This document shows, piece after piece, positions 17,297 to 24,647 of a stretch of 32,000 nucleotides of DNA. The stretch spans positions 10,135 through 42,134 of the forward strand of contig CAJFKV010000014.1 of NCBI GenBank assembly GCA_904387055.1. The letters are read 5' to 3'. The stretch's first letter is position 1. The number at the start of each line of letters is the position of its first letter. The notes beneath the pieces are model-generated. The model ran no database searches. It was not told the origin of the DNA and saw nothing but the letters and a program-made list of their open reading frames with translations. The position numbers and the translations under genes were made by a program. This DNA comes from Candidatus Heteroruminococcus faecigallinarum (GTDB lineage: Bacteria; Bacillota; Clostridia; Oscillospirales; Ruminococcaceae).

Positions 17297-17325
17297 ATTG
17301 TAACATCCTGCCGGATGGGGAGCAA
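17297..17325 (-). promoter_or_regulatory. Promoter candidate for the SBP gene
   Basis: On the minus strand, TTGCTC is followed by a 17 nt spacer and TACAAT with an extended TG (TGtTACAAT). A ~105 nt leader follows. Confidence 0.45.
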
Positions 17326-17391
17326 GACACTCCTCAAAAAGTTCACAATTCCGTCATGGGGAAGAGGATTTTCCCCCGCCTCGCCCCTCTT

Positions 17392-17910
17392 TTATGGCCC
17401 TCCCATGAGCAGGCGGACCATCATGGCGCTGGCCACAAAGCCGGTGATGTCGGCACAGAGGGCGGCCGCCAGGGTGTGGCGGCTGCGGGTGATTCCTGCC
17501 GCCCCATAGTAGACGGCGATGGTGTAGACGGTGGTCTCGGTGGAACCCTGCATCACGCTGGCCACCCGGCCCACAAAGCTGTCCGGCCCATGGGTTGCCA
17601 GCAGGTCCTGGAAGATGGCCAAGGCCCCGCTGCCGGAGATGGGCCGCAGCAGCGCCAAGGGGATTACCTCCCGGGGAAGGGCCAGCAGCCTGGCCAGGGG
17701 CTCCAGAGCGAAGGTGAACAGATCCAGCGCCCCGGACGCCTTGAACATCCCCACCGCCGTCAGGAGGGCCACCAGGGCGGGGAGGATCGTCGCCCCCGTC
17801 TTCAGGCCCTGGGCGGCTCCCTCCACAAAGACGTCAAACACCTTCACCCCCGACCAGAGCCCTGCCCCCAGGATGGCCACCACCGCCAGGGGAACGATCC
17901 ATTGGCTCAT
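17392..17910 (-). CDS. spmB: Spore maturation protein B (nucleoside-recognition-domain membrane protein)
   Basis: 172 aa counted from MSQWIVPLAVV. Its ATG overlaps the spmA stop in an ATGA (17907-17910). The 376 aa ORF in the track is a spurious upstream extension. Confidence 0.85.
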   Translation of the reverse strand: MSQWIVPLAVVAILGAGLWSGVKVFDVFVEGAAQGLKTGATILPALVALLTAVGMFKASGALDLFTFALEPLARLLALPREVIPLALLRPISGSGALAIFQDLLATHGPDSFVGRVASVMQGSTETTVYTIAVYYGAAGITRSRHTLAAALCADITGFVASAMMVRLLMGGP

Positions 17911-18518
17911 CGGGCATGCCTCCTCACAGGCGCCCCAAGGGGGGAAACCACCCCGCCCAGCACCTTGGCCGCGATGACCCCGGCCGACAGGGAGAGGGCG
18001 GAGGCCACCCAGACCGCCGGCAGAATATCCAGCGGCTGGGCCGCCCCGGTTGCCAGCCGCATGGCGGCGGTGGTGGTGGGGATCAGCTGGAGGGAGGCGG
18101 TGTTCAGCACCACGAACATGGCCATGTCGTTGGTGGCGGTCCCTCCAAGGGGGGATTCCTTCTTCATCTCCTGCACGGCGGTGATGCCCAGGGGGGTGGC
18201 CGCATTCCCCAGCCCCAGCAGGTTGGCCGCCATGTTGAGGGAGATGGCCTGGGCGGCAGGGCTCCCTTCCCGCACCCCCGGGAACAGCCAGTTCAGCACG
18301 GGGCTCAGCAGCCGGCTCAGCCGGGCGGTGAGCCCCGCCTCCTCGGCCACCTTCATCAGGCCGCTCCAGAGGCAGAGCATCCCCAAGAGGGAAAAGACCA
18401 GCTCCACCGCCTCTCCGCAGCTGGACATGGCCGCCTGGGACACCTGTTCCATCCGGCCGGTGAGGGCGCCGGCCGCCAGAGCGGCCGCGGCCATCAGGAC
18501 GAAAACCCAGTTCATCAT
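17907..18518 (-). CDS. spmA: Spore maturation protein A
   Basis: The sequence is SpmA-like (MMNWVFVLMAAA...LWSGLMKVAEEAGL). I chose the start at 18518 because of an SD (AAAGGA) about 8 nt upstream. Confidence 0.85.
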   Translation of the reverse strand: MMNWVFVLMAAAALAAGALTGRMEQVSQAAMSSCGEAVELVFSLLGMLCLWSGLMKVAEEAGLTARLSRLLSPVLNWLFPGVREGSPAAQAISLNMAANLLGLGNAATPLGITAVQEMKKESPLGGTATNDMAMFVVLNTASLQLIPTTTAAMRLATGAAQPLDILPAVWVASALSLSAGVIAAKVLGGVVSPLGAPVRRHAR

Positions 18519-18641
18519 GCAAATCATCCTTTCATGTACAAAAAATGAACTTTTTGACATATTTGTCTATTTTCCATACTTTTTTGGCACAAAAGGCCAG
18601 TATATTTGTATTTTGCTGGCAATTTTTTGGAACACCCAACA

Positions 18642-18670
18642 TTGATTTTTACGCTGAAATACGCTATGAT
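18642..18670 (+). promoter_or_regulatory. Promoter candidate for abrB
   Basis: TTGATT (18642-18647) is followed by a 17 nt spacer and TATGAT (18665-18670), about 60 nt before the ATG. Confidence 0.5.
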
Positions 18671-18729
18671 AACCATATAAGTATATCCAACAATCTTCGA
18701 CCCAATTTACCAACTGGAGGCATGGAACT

Positions 18730-18987
18730 ATGAAATCAACCGGAATTGTCAGAAAGGTAGATGAACTCGGCCGTATCGTCCTCCCCATTGAACTACGTCG
18801 CACTCTGGATATCAACAAGAAGGATTCCATCGAGATCTTCGTGGAGGGGAATCAGGTCATTCTCAAGAAGTATCAGCCCGCCTGTGTCTTTTGCGGAAAC
18901 GCCAGCGACATCTTCACCTTCGGGGATAAAAACGTCTGCCGGAAATGTCTCAACAAGATGAACACCATGTATGCCAACTCCAAATAA
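18730..18987 (+). CDS. abrB: AbrB-family transition-state regulator with a C-terminal CxxC...CxxC tail (clostridial type)
   Basis: The N-terminus (MKSTGIVRKVDELGRIVLPIELRRTL) is nearly identical to the AbrB SpoVT/AbrB swapped-hairpin domain. The C-terminus reads CVFCG...CRKC. Confidence 0.9.
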   Translation: MKSTGIVRKVDELGRIVLPIELRRTLDINKKDSIEIFVEGNQVILKKYQPACVFCGNASDIFTFGDKNVCRKCLNKMNTMYANSK

Positions 18988-19002
18988 GCATATTCACAAA
19001 AA

Positions 19003-19036
19003 GGACCTGGAAGCACCGCTTCCAGGTCCTTTTTCT
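19003..19036. terminator. Bidirectional Rho-independent terminator between convergent abrB and the membrane-protein gene
   Basis: An 11 bp stem pairs GGACCTGGAAG with CTTCCAGGTCC around the loop CACCG. AAAAA precedes it and TTTTTCTCTTT follows it. Confidence 0.65.
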
Positions 19037-19050
19037 CTTTGCCCGGCGGG

Positions 19051-19872
19051 TCACGCCGGTCGGTGGATGGGGCGGAATTCCACCGTGCGGGCCGGCAGCG
19101 GGGCCGCCGGCGCCGGTTCCTCCTGGACCAGCCTTTGCAGAAAACAGGCCCACTGGCTGTGCCACCGGGGCCACATCCAAAGGAGGGGAACCACCAGCGC
19201 GGCGGAGAAGAGGATCGCCGGCAGCCGCGCCAGCCAGAAGGCCAGCACCCTCCTCTCCTGGCCGGTCAATACCTCCCGGGAGAGAGCGAGGGCCTGGCCG
19301 GCGGTCAGCTGAAACCGGCAGGCCAGCAGCTCCGGGGCCGCCCAGCCCCGGAGCCACCGGCGGACCCATCGCCACAGCCCCAGCAGCCACAGGCCGGCCC
19401 CCAGGAGCATCACCGCCCCGGCCAGCTGGCCGGCTATTCCCCCCGGCCCGAAGCGGTCTCCATACCATCCGCCAAAGAGCACCAGCGCGCTGGGCAGGGA
19501 GAGGTAGACCAGCGCCCAGCCCCAGCCGCGGGCCCACAGCCGCCCCTGCAGCGCCACCGCCCCCAGCCACCGCCGGGGCCGGAAATTGGCCCGGATCACC
19601 GTCCAGGGGCCCCGCCTGTACCCGCAGCTCAGCTCCACAAACCACTGGCGCACCCCCTGCCGCCAGGGGCCGGCCAGCCCTGCCTCCACAGCAGTCCCTG
19701 CCGCCAGAGGAACCAGCCGCCCCCACAGGGGCCAGTGGGACAGCCCTTCCAGCAGCACCATGTCCACCGCCAGGGGAAGGAGCGTCACTGCGCCGCTGAC
19801 CGCCCACAGGGCCGCGCCTCTCCACCGCTGCCCGTCCAGCGCCCGGGAGGCGGGAGATCTCCATCGGCTCAT
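19051..19872 (-). CDS. Hypothetical Trp/Arg-rich polytopic membrane protein (possibly DUF975 / GPDPase-membrane-domain-like)
   Basis: A strong SD (GGGAGGTGA) lies 5-6 nt before the ATG at 19872. There are four or more hydrophobic segments, and the gene ends just before bidirectional terminator 19003-19036. Three other overlapping ORFs here are P/A/R/G low-complexity. The family assignment is weak. Confidence 0.5.
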   Translation of the reverse strand: MSRWRSPASRALDGQRWRGAALWAVSGAVTLLPLAVDMVLLEGLSHWPLWGRLVPLAAGTAVEAGLAGPWRQGVRQWFVELSCGYRRGPWTVIRANFRPRRWLGAVALQGRLWARGWGWALVYLSLPSALVLFGGWYGDRFGPGGIAGQLAGAVMLLGAGLWLLGLWRWVRRWLRGWAAPELLACRFQLTAGQALALSREVLTGQERRVLAFWLARLPAILFSAALVVPLLWMWPRWHSQWACFLQRLVQEEPAPAAPLPARTVEFRPIHRPA

Positions 19873-20064
19873 GGCGATCACCTCCCTTTGCAGCCGCCCT
19901 GCCGCCAATAAAACTAGCCTGCCCCGTTTCGCCGTCCCTATGCCCGTGGGGGACAATTCTCCGCTGAAAAACTAGGAAAATCCCCTTTTCCTCCTAGTTT
20001 TTCCGGAAAATGGGGCCGTTAATTTTCACTTTTGGCGTATTTTTTTATTTTTCACCAATATAGG

Positions 20065-20090
20065 AAAACCGGCGGTGGCCCGCCGGTTTT
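20065..20090 (-). terminator. Rho-independent terminator after cobO
   Basis: AAAACCGGCGG (20065-20075) pairs with CCGCCGGTTTT (20080-20090) around a 4 nt loop. It lies 6 nt downstream of the cobO stop on the minus strand. Confidence 0.6.
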
Positions 20091-20096
20091 CCCTGG

Positions 20097-20639
20097 TCAA
20101 TATTCGATCCCTTTCCGGGCAGAAATTCCTTCCTGATAAGGATGTTTTTGGCATACCATCTGGGTATAGTAGTCGGCCAGCGCTTCCAGCCGAGGGTCCG
20201 GCTTGCGGCCGGTAAGGACCACCTCCACCCTGGGGGCCCGGTTCTCCACCGCCTGGAGGAGGGCCTCCCAGGGGACCATCCCTTTGTTGGCGGCATCCAC
20301 CCCTTCGTCCAGCACCACCAGGTCGTAGGCGCCTCCCGCCAGGGCCTGGGCACAGGCCGCCAAGGCCTGGCCGCTCCGGCGGGCACAGGCCGACCGCTCC
20401 TCGTCGGTCATCTGGAAGGTAAACCGCTCCACCCGGGCCTGGGTATCCACCACCGCCCCCAGCCGGGCCAGGGGAGCCAGCTCCCCGCTGGTTCCCCCCT
20501 TGAGGAACTGGCAGAAATAGACCGTTTTGCCTCCTCCCAGGGCCCGCAGGGCCAGGCCGGCGGCAGCGGTGCTCTTTCCCTTGCCGTCCCCCACATAGAG
20601 ATGGACCAGCCCCCTTGGCCACTCTGCTTCTCTATTCAT
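20097..20639 (-). CDS. cobO: Cob(I)yrinic acid a,c-diamide (corrinoid) adenosyltransferase, CobA/CobO/BtuR type
   Basis: It has the P-loop GDGKGKSTAAAG and the motif VVLDEGVDAANKG. The ATG at 20639 overlaps the end of the upstream gene by 8 nt. Confidence 0.85.
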   Translation of the reverse strand: MNREAEWPRGLVHLYVGDGKGKSTAAAGLALRALGGGKTVYFCQFLKGGTSGELAPLARLGAVVDTQARVERFTFQMTDEERSACARRSGQALAACAQALAGGAYDLVVLDEGVDAANKGMVPWEALLQAVENRAPRVEVVLTGRKPDPRLEALADYYTQMVCQKHPYQEGISARKGIEY

Positions 20640-21321
20640 CCTCGTCCCAATCCTCCTCCCAGGCGTCCTCTTCCCAGTCCTCATCCTCCTCTTGGGAGGA
20701 GCCCTTGGGCTGGGGGATGGGGGCGACGATCTCAAAGGCCCGGTCCCGCATCCACATGGCGGTGTTCATGGCCACCGTGTACCCCTCCCCGTTGCCGGCC
20801 TGCCAGGTGCCGAACTCGGTCTTGGGAAGGCCCACCCCATGGAGCAGGGTCATGATGACCCCGCCGTGGGTAATCACCACCGCGTCGTCCAGCTTTTCCT
20901 CCATCATCTGGGCAAATACCTCGTTCAGGCCCACCACCAGCCGGGACATGAACTCCTCCCCGCTCTCCCCTCCGGGAGGGGCGGTGGTGAGGGAATTGGC
21001 CAGCCACTGGCGGTAGTCCTCCCGGTCCTTCAGCTGGTCGTAGGTCTTCCCTTCAAAGTCGCCGAAATCCAGCTCCAGAAAGTGGGAATTCACCGTCAGC
21101 TTCCGGCAGTCGGGATAGAGGATCCCGGCGGTCTGGATACACCGGGCCAGGGGGCTGCAGAAGATCCGGTCGGCAGGCGGGTAGGCATACTCCTCCCGCT
21201 TCTGGATCAGCTGGCGGATGCCCTCCGGGCAGAGGTCATAGTCGGTTCGGCCCACATATTCCCGCCGGAGGTTGGCCTCGGTCATGCCGTGACGGATAAA
21301 ATGGATGCGGTAATTCTTCAT
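20632..21321 (-). CDS. Histidine phosphatase family protein (phosphoglycerate-mutase-like; possibly alpha-ribazole phosphatase CobC-like) with an acidic Trp-containing C-terminal tail
   Basis: It has the catalytic motif RHGMTEAN and the motif ITHGGV. The ATG at 21321 has an SD (AAGGGGTG). It is co-oriented with cobO and overlaps it. Confidence 0.8.
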   Translation of the reverse strand: MKNYRIHFIRHGMTEANLRREYVGRTDYDLCPEGIRQLIQKREEYAYPPADRIFCSPLARCIQTAGILYPDCRKLTVNSHFLELDFGDFEGKTYDQLKDREDYRQWLANSLTTAPPGGESGEEFMSRLVVGLNEVFAQMMEEKLDDAVVITHGGVIMTLLHGVGLPKTEFGTWQAGNGEGYTVAMNTAMWMRDRAFEIVAPIPQPKGSSQEEDEDWEEDAWEEDWDEDE

Positions 21322-21385
21322 GGAAACACCCCTTATACGGTTGGTATTTGCCCGGCCGGAGGGCCGGATTCTGGAATCTTCTTCC

Positions 21386-21413
21386 TGTATAAATGGAAAA
21401 AACCGGTTTACAA
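21386..21413 (-). promoter_or_regulatory. Promoter candidate for the phosphatase-cobO operon
   Basis: On the minus strand, TTGTAA is followed by a 16 nt spacer and TATACA. Confidence 0.35.
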
Positions 21414-21509
21414 CGGCCCCCATTTGTCGAAAAAAAAACTCGCTTTTTCATGCTTCTCACGAAATTTTCACAAAAGCAACAAAACCAGGCCCTTTTCGGC
21501 AAAATCGTG

Positions 21510-21538
21510 TTTACAAAATTCCGAGTATATACTATAAT
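21510..21538 (+). promoter_or_regulatory. Promoter candidate for the XRE regulator gene
   Basis: TTTACA (21510-21515) is followed by a 17 nt spacer and TATAAT (21533-21538). Confidence 0.5.
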
Positions 21539-21586
21539 TGCAATTACCCTATGTAATAATCAAGAAGCTGAGTTGAGGTGACACAA

Positions 21587-22291
21587 GTGAACGCGGATTT
21601 TCCCCGGATTCTGACCCTGCTGCGGAAGGAAAAAGGCATCAGCCAGAAGGAGGCCTCCTCCCAGCTGGGCATCTCCCAGGCGCTTTTGTCCCACTATGAA
21701 AAAGGAATCCGGGAGTGCGGCCTTGATTTCCTGGTCCGCTGCGCCGATTTTTACGGCGTTTCCTGCGACTATCTGCTGGGCCGCTCCCCCGACCGGCTGG
21801 GCAGCCAGCTGACGGTGGAGGATATCCCAGAGCCGGACGCCGCCGGGAAGGAGAACGTCTTCCACGGCGGCATTCTCACCGTCCTGAACAAAAAACTCAT
21901 TGCCAACTCCCTCAACGTCCTCTTTGACCTCCTGGCCAAAACCCAGCACGAGCAGCTGGTGCGGGAGGTATCCGATTTCTTGATGCTGGCGGTGTACCGG
22001 ATGTTCCGGGTGGTATACTCCATCAACCCCAAAAATCAAAACGCCATGTTCACCATCCCCCAGGAGATGGCACGGGGCTACTCGTCGGCAGTGATGGAAA
22101 TGTGCGAATCCAACGCCCAGTCCATCGCCGGCGGCAAGCTGTCCGGCGAGGTCCAGTCCCGGGAGGAGCCTCACAACCTGGTCATTACCACCGAGGGGCT
22201 CTCCCAGCGGTACCCCCTCTTCTCCTCCTCGCTGCTGAACCTGATCCGCAACAGCGAGAAATCCATCGGCAGCGGCTGCGGCCGCCGGTGA
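21587..22291 (+). CDS. XRE-family HTH transcriptional regulator with an uncharacterised ~170 aa C-terminal domain
   Basis: It has an HTH_3 motif (LRKEKGISQKEASSQLGISQALLSHYEKG). I prefer the GTG at 21587 because GAGG at 21575-21578 is well spaced from it. The GTG at 21578 is an alternative start. Confidence 0.75.
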   Translation: MNADFPRILTLLRKEKGISQKEASSQLGISQALLSHYEKGIRECGLDFLVRCADFYGVSCDYLLGRSPDRLGSQLTVEDIPEPDAAGKENVFHGGILTVLNKKLIANSLNVLFDLLAKTQHEQLVREVSDFLMLAVYRMFRVVYSINPKNQNAMFTIPQEMARGYSSAVMEMCESNAQSIAGGKLSGEVQSREEPHNLVITTEGLSQRYPLFSSSLLNLIRNSEKSIGSGCGRR

Positions 22292-22363
22292 GGCAAGGCG
22301 GGCTGTGCCTTCTATTGTAGCACACTCCCTTGCCAAGCCGCAACCATCCCATCCGCGGCAATG

Positions 22364-22395
22364 ACAGCGGGCCGGCAGGCTCCGCTGTTTTTTTG
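22364..22395 (+). terminator. Rho-independent terminator after the XRE regulator gene
   Basis: ACAGCGG pairs with CCGCTGT, the inner GCC/GGC pairs extend the stem, and TTTTTTTG follows. Confidence 0.6.
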
Positions 22396-22447
22396 TGGGC
22401 AAAATATGAACGGGCCGTGAAATCTGCCCCGACACAAAGTCCCCTTC

Positions 22448-22476
22448 TTGCAAAAACTTCCCGCTTGTACTAATAT
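22448..22476 (+). promoter_or_regulatory. Promoter candidate for the lipoprotein / two-component operon
   Basis: TTGCAA (22448-22453) is followed by a 17 nt spacer and TAATAT (22471-22476). Confidence 0.45.
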
Positions 22477-22531
22477 AATACTGAGTATCATGGGTAGGTA
22501 TGGCCTGCCTGAAAAAGGGAGGGAAAGCCGG

Positions 22532-23866
22532 ATGTGGATCCATAAAGCAGCCCTGGCGCTGCTGGCGGCTGCCTGCCTCTTCCTGTCCGCCTGTTCCTCC
22601 CTCTCGGTCACCGCCGATGTGGAGCAGCTGATGCGGCCGCCCACCCTGTCGGCGGAGCAGGAACAGGTGCGGGATGCCCTGGAGGCCTCCATCGGCACCG
22701 ACCAGTACCGCCTCAAATATCCCACCTCCGGCCAGTACCGGTCGGCCTACACCTTCTATGACCTGGACGGGGACGGCCAGGAGGAGGCGGTGGTCTTTTA
22801 TGCCCTGGACGAGGACAGCAGCGGGGTGGTGCGGATCGCCGTCCTGGACAGCCAGAACGGCCAGTGGCGGGCGGTGGTCAGCGCCGCCGGCCAGGGTACC
22901 GACGTGGACCAGCTGCAGTTTGCCTCGGTCACCGGCAGGCAGGCGGTGGACCTGGTGGTGGGCTGGATCGACGAAACCCGCACCTACGAAACGGTAACCG
23001 TCTACACCTTCCGGCAGGAGCGGCTGCAAAATCTATACGAGGACAGCTACACCGAGCTGCTGGTGGACGACCTGGACCAGGACGGGATGGACGAGCTCCT
23101 CCTGCTGCGCAGCAGCAGCGGGGGCCGGGTCACCGCCAAGCTGGTGGAGAACAGCCTGTTCTCCCTGGAGGTTACCGACGAGCGCCGGCTCAATCTCAGC
23201 TTTGCCAACATTCTGCAGGTTCAGTCCGGGTGGCTCTCCCAAGAGGTGTACGGGGTGGCGGTGGACGGCTATACCTCCGATTACCGCTATTCCTCCGAGG
23301 CCATCGTGGCCCGGGACGGCCAGCTTGCCTTCCCCTTTGACCGGGAAGGGGACAGCGACGACCTCTACGACCTGGTGACCCGCTCCAGCCGGGTCTTCAC
23401 CCGGGACGTGGACGGGGACGGGGTGCTGGATTTTCCCTCCCAGGAAGCCCTCCCCGGCTACGAAAGCAGCGATCCGGAGGATACCCTCTTCCTCACCCGC
23501 TATCTGCACTTCAACGGGGAAGGTTCCCTGGAAACGGCGGCCAGTGCCTATGTGGACGCCGCCAACGGCTACCTCCTCTTCTTCCCCGACAACTGGCTGG
23601 GGGAGGTGACGGCGGTGGTCCAGCCCCAGAGCGGCGAGGTTACCTTCTTCCAGTACCTGGGCTCCCTGGAGGACCAGTCGGCCATGCTGCTGCGGATCCG
23701 CTGCTACTCCTCCTCCGACTATCAGGATCAGAACGACCGGGAGCAGTATGTCAAGCTGGTATCCAGGGGAATCTTTGAGTACTACGCATCGATCCATACC
23801 ATCCCCGGCAATCCCCTTTCCATCACCCTGGACCAGCTGTCCCAGGAGATGTTCGCCCTGCTGTAA
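22532..23866 (+). CDS. Hypothetical lipoprotein with three DxDxDG (FG-GAP/VCBS-like) motifs
   Basis: The ATG at 22532 has an SD (GGGAGGG). A lipobox is present (LFLSACSS). The motifs are DLDGDGQEE, DLDQDGMDE and DVDGDGVLD. The gene ends 43 nt before the response-regulator gene. Confidence 0.65.
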   Translation: MWIHKAALALLAAACLFLSACSSLSVTADVEQLMRPPTLSAEQEQVRDALEASIGTDQYRLKYPTSGQYRSAYTFYDLDGDGQEEAVVFYALDEDSSGVVRIAVLDSQNGQWRAVVSAAGQGTDVDQLQFASVTGRQAVDLVVGWIDETRTYETVTVYTFRQERLQNLYEDSYTELLVDDLDQDGMDELLLLRSSSGGRVTAKLVENSLFSLEVTDERRLNLSFANILQVQSGWLSQEVYGVAVDGYTSDYRYSSEAIVARDGQLAFPFDREGDSDDLYDLVTRSSRVFTRDVDGDGVLDFPSQEALPGYESSDPEDTLFLTRYLHFNGEGSLETAASAYVDAANGYLLFFPDNWLGEVTAVVQPQSGEVTFFQYLGSLEDQSAMLLRIRCYSSSDYQDQNDREQYVKLVSRGIFEYYASIHTIPGNPLSITLDQLSQEMFALL

Positions 23867-23909
23867 TCCGGCCGGGCCCCATTCCAACCCAAAGGAGGTC
23901 TCCCTGTTT

Positions 23910-24605
23910 ATGAAAAAAGTATTGGTCGTGGAAGACGAGGACGCCATCCGCGAATTTGTGGTCATCAATCTGAAGCGGGCCGGCTACCAGGTGGTGGACG
24001 TGCCCACCGGCGAGGATGCCCTGCGTGTTTTTGACGAGGCGGCGGGGGATTTCGACGTGGCCCTGCTGGACGTGATGATGCCCGGCATCGACGGGTTCAC
24101 CGTCTGCAAGAAGCTGCGGGAGCAGAGCGATTCCATCGGCATCATCATGCTGTCGGCCAAGAGCCAGGAGATGGACAAGGTCACCGGCCTGATGCTGGGG
24201 GCGGACGACTACATCACCAAGCCTTTCAGCCCCTCGGAGCTGACCGCCCGGGTGGACGCTATCCATCGGCGGGTCACCATGATGACCGGTCGGGCCGCCA
24301 GCGGCGACATCGTCTCCGGTCCTTTTGTCCTCAACCAGCGCAGCCGCACCCTCACCAAAAACGGCAAGCTCATCGACCTGACCCAGGTGGAGTTCCAGAT
24401 TATGGAGCTCTTCCTCAAGAACCCCAACGTGGCCCTGGAGCGCAGCGAGATCCTTTCCAAGGTGTGGGGGGAAAACTATTTTGGCGATGTGAAGATTGTG
24501 GATGTAAACGTCCGCCGCCTGCGGATGAAGATTGAGGATGAGCCTTCCAGCCCCAAGTACCTGTGCACCGTGTGGGGCTACGGCTACAAGTGGACCGAGG
24601 AGTAG
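23910..24605 (+). CDS. OmpR-family response regulator
   Basis: It has a receiver domain (VVEDEDAIREF...LLDVMMPGIDG) and a winged-helix domain (LCTVWGYGYKW). The ATG at 23910 has an SD (AAAGGAGG). Confidence 0.9.
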   Translation: MKKVLVVEDEDAIREFVVINLKRAGYQVVDVPTGEDALRVFDEAAGDFDVALLDVMMPGIDGFTVCKKLREQSDSIGIIMLSAKSQEMDKVTGLMLGADDYITKPFSPSELTARVDAIHRRVTMMTGRAASGDIVSGPFVLNQRSRTLTKNGKLIDLTQVEFQIMELFLKNPNVALERSEILSKVWGENYFGDVKIVDVNVRRLRMKIEDEPSSPKYLCTVWGYGYKWTEE

Positions 24606-24647
24606 CCCCGGCCCGCAGCAGAACCATCGGGAAAGGAGGGGCCGCCC

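Noticed and set aside
17392-18522. A 376 aa minus-strand ORF that appears to fuse spmB with an upstream extension.
   Set aside because: The extension (17911-18522) overlaps spmA in another frame and translates to R/G/P-rich sequence. The spmB-like sequence begins at the ATG at 17910, which overlaps the spmA stop in an ATGA.
18945-19975. Four mutually overlapping ORFs of about 290 aa in one 1 kb region.
   Set aside because: Only the minus-strand frame ending at 19051, with its start at 19872, has an SD, hydrophobic helices and terminator context. The other three are Pro/Ala/Arg/Gly low-complexity translations. I kept only that frame, at moderate confidence.
21425-21431. A perfect Spo0A-box heptamer (TGTCGAA) in the phosphatase/XRE divergent promoter region. 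A TTCGACC near-match lies at 18696-18702, downstream of the abrB promoter candidate.
   Set aside because: The same heptamer also occurs at 2204-2210, just before the acsB SD, and inside the EamA coding region at 14582-14588. Its occurrence is therefore compatible with chance in this window. I cannot support it as a regulatory site without genome-wide enrichment or Spo0A binding data.
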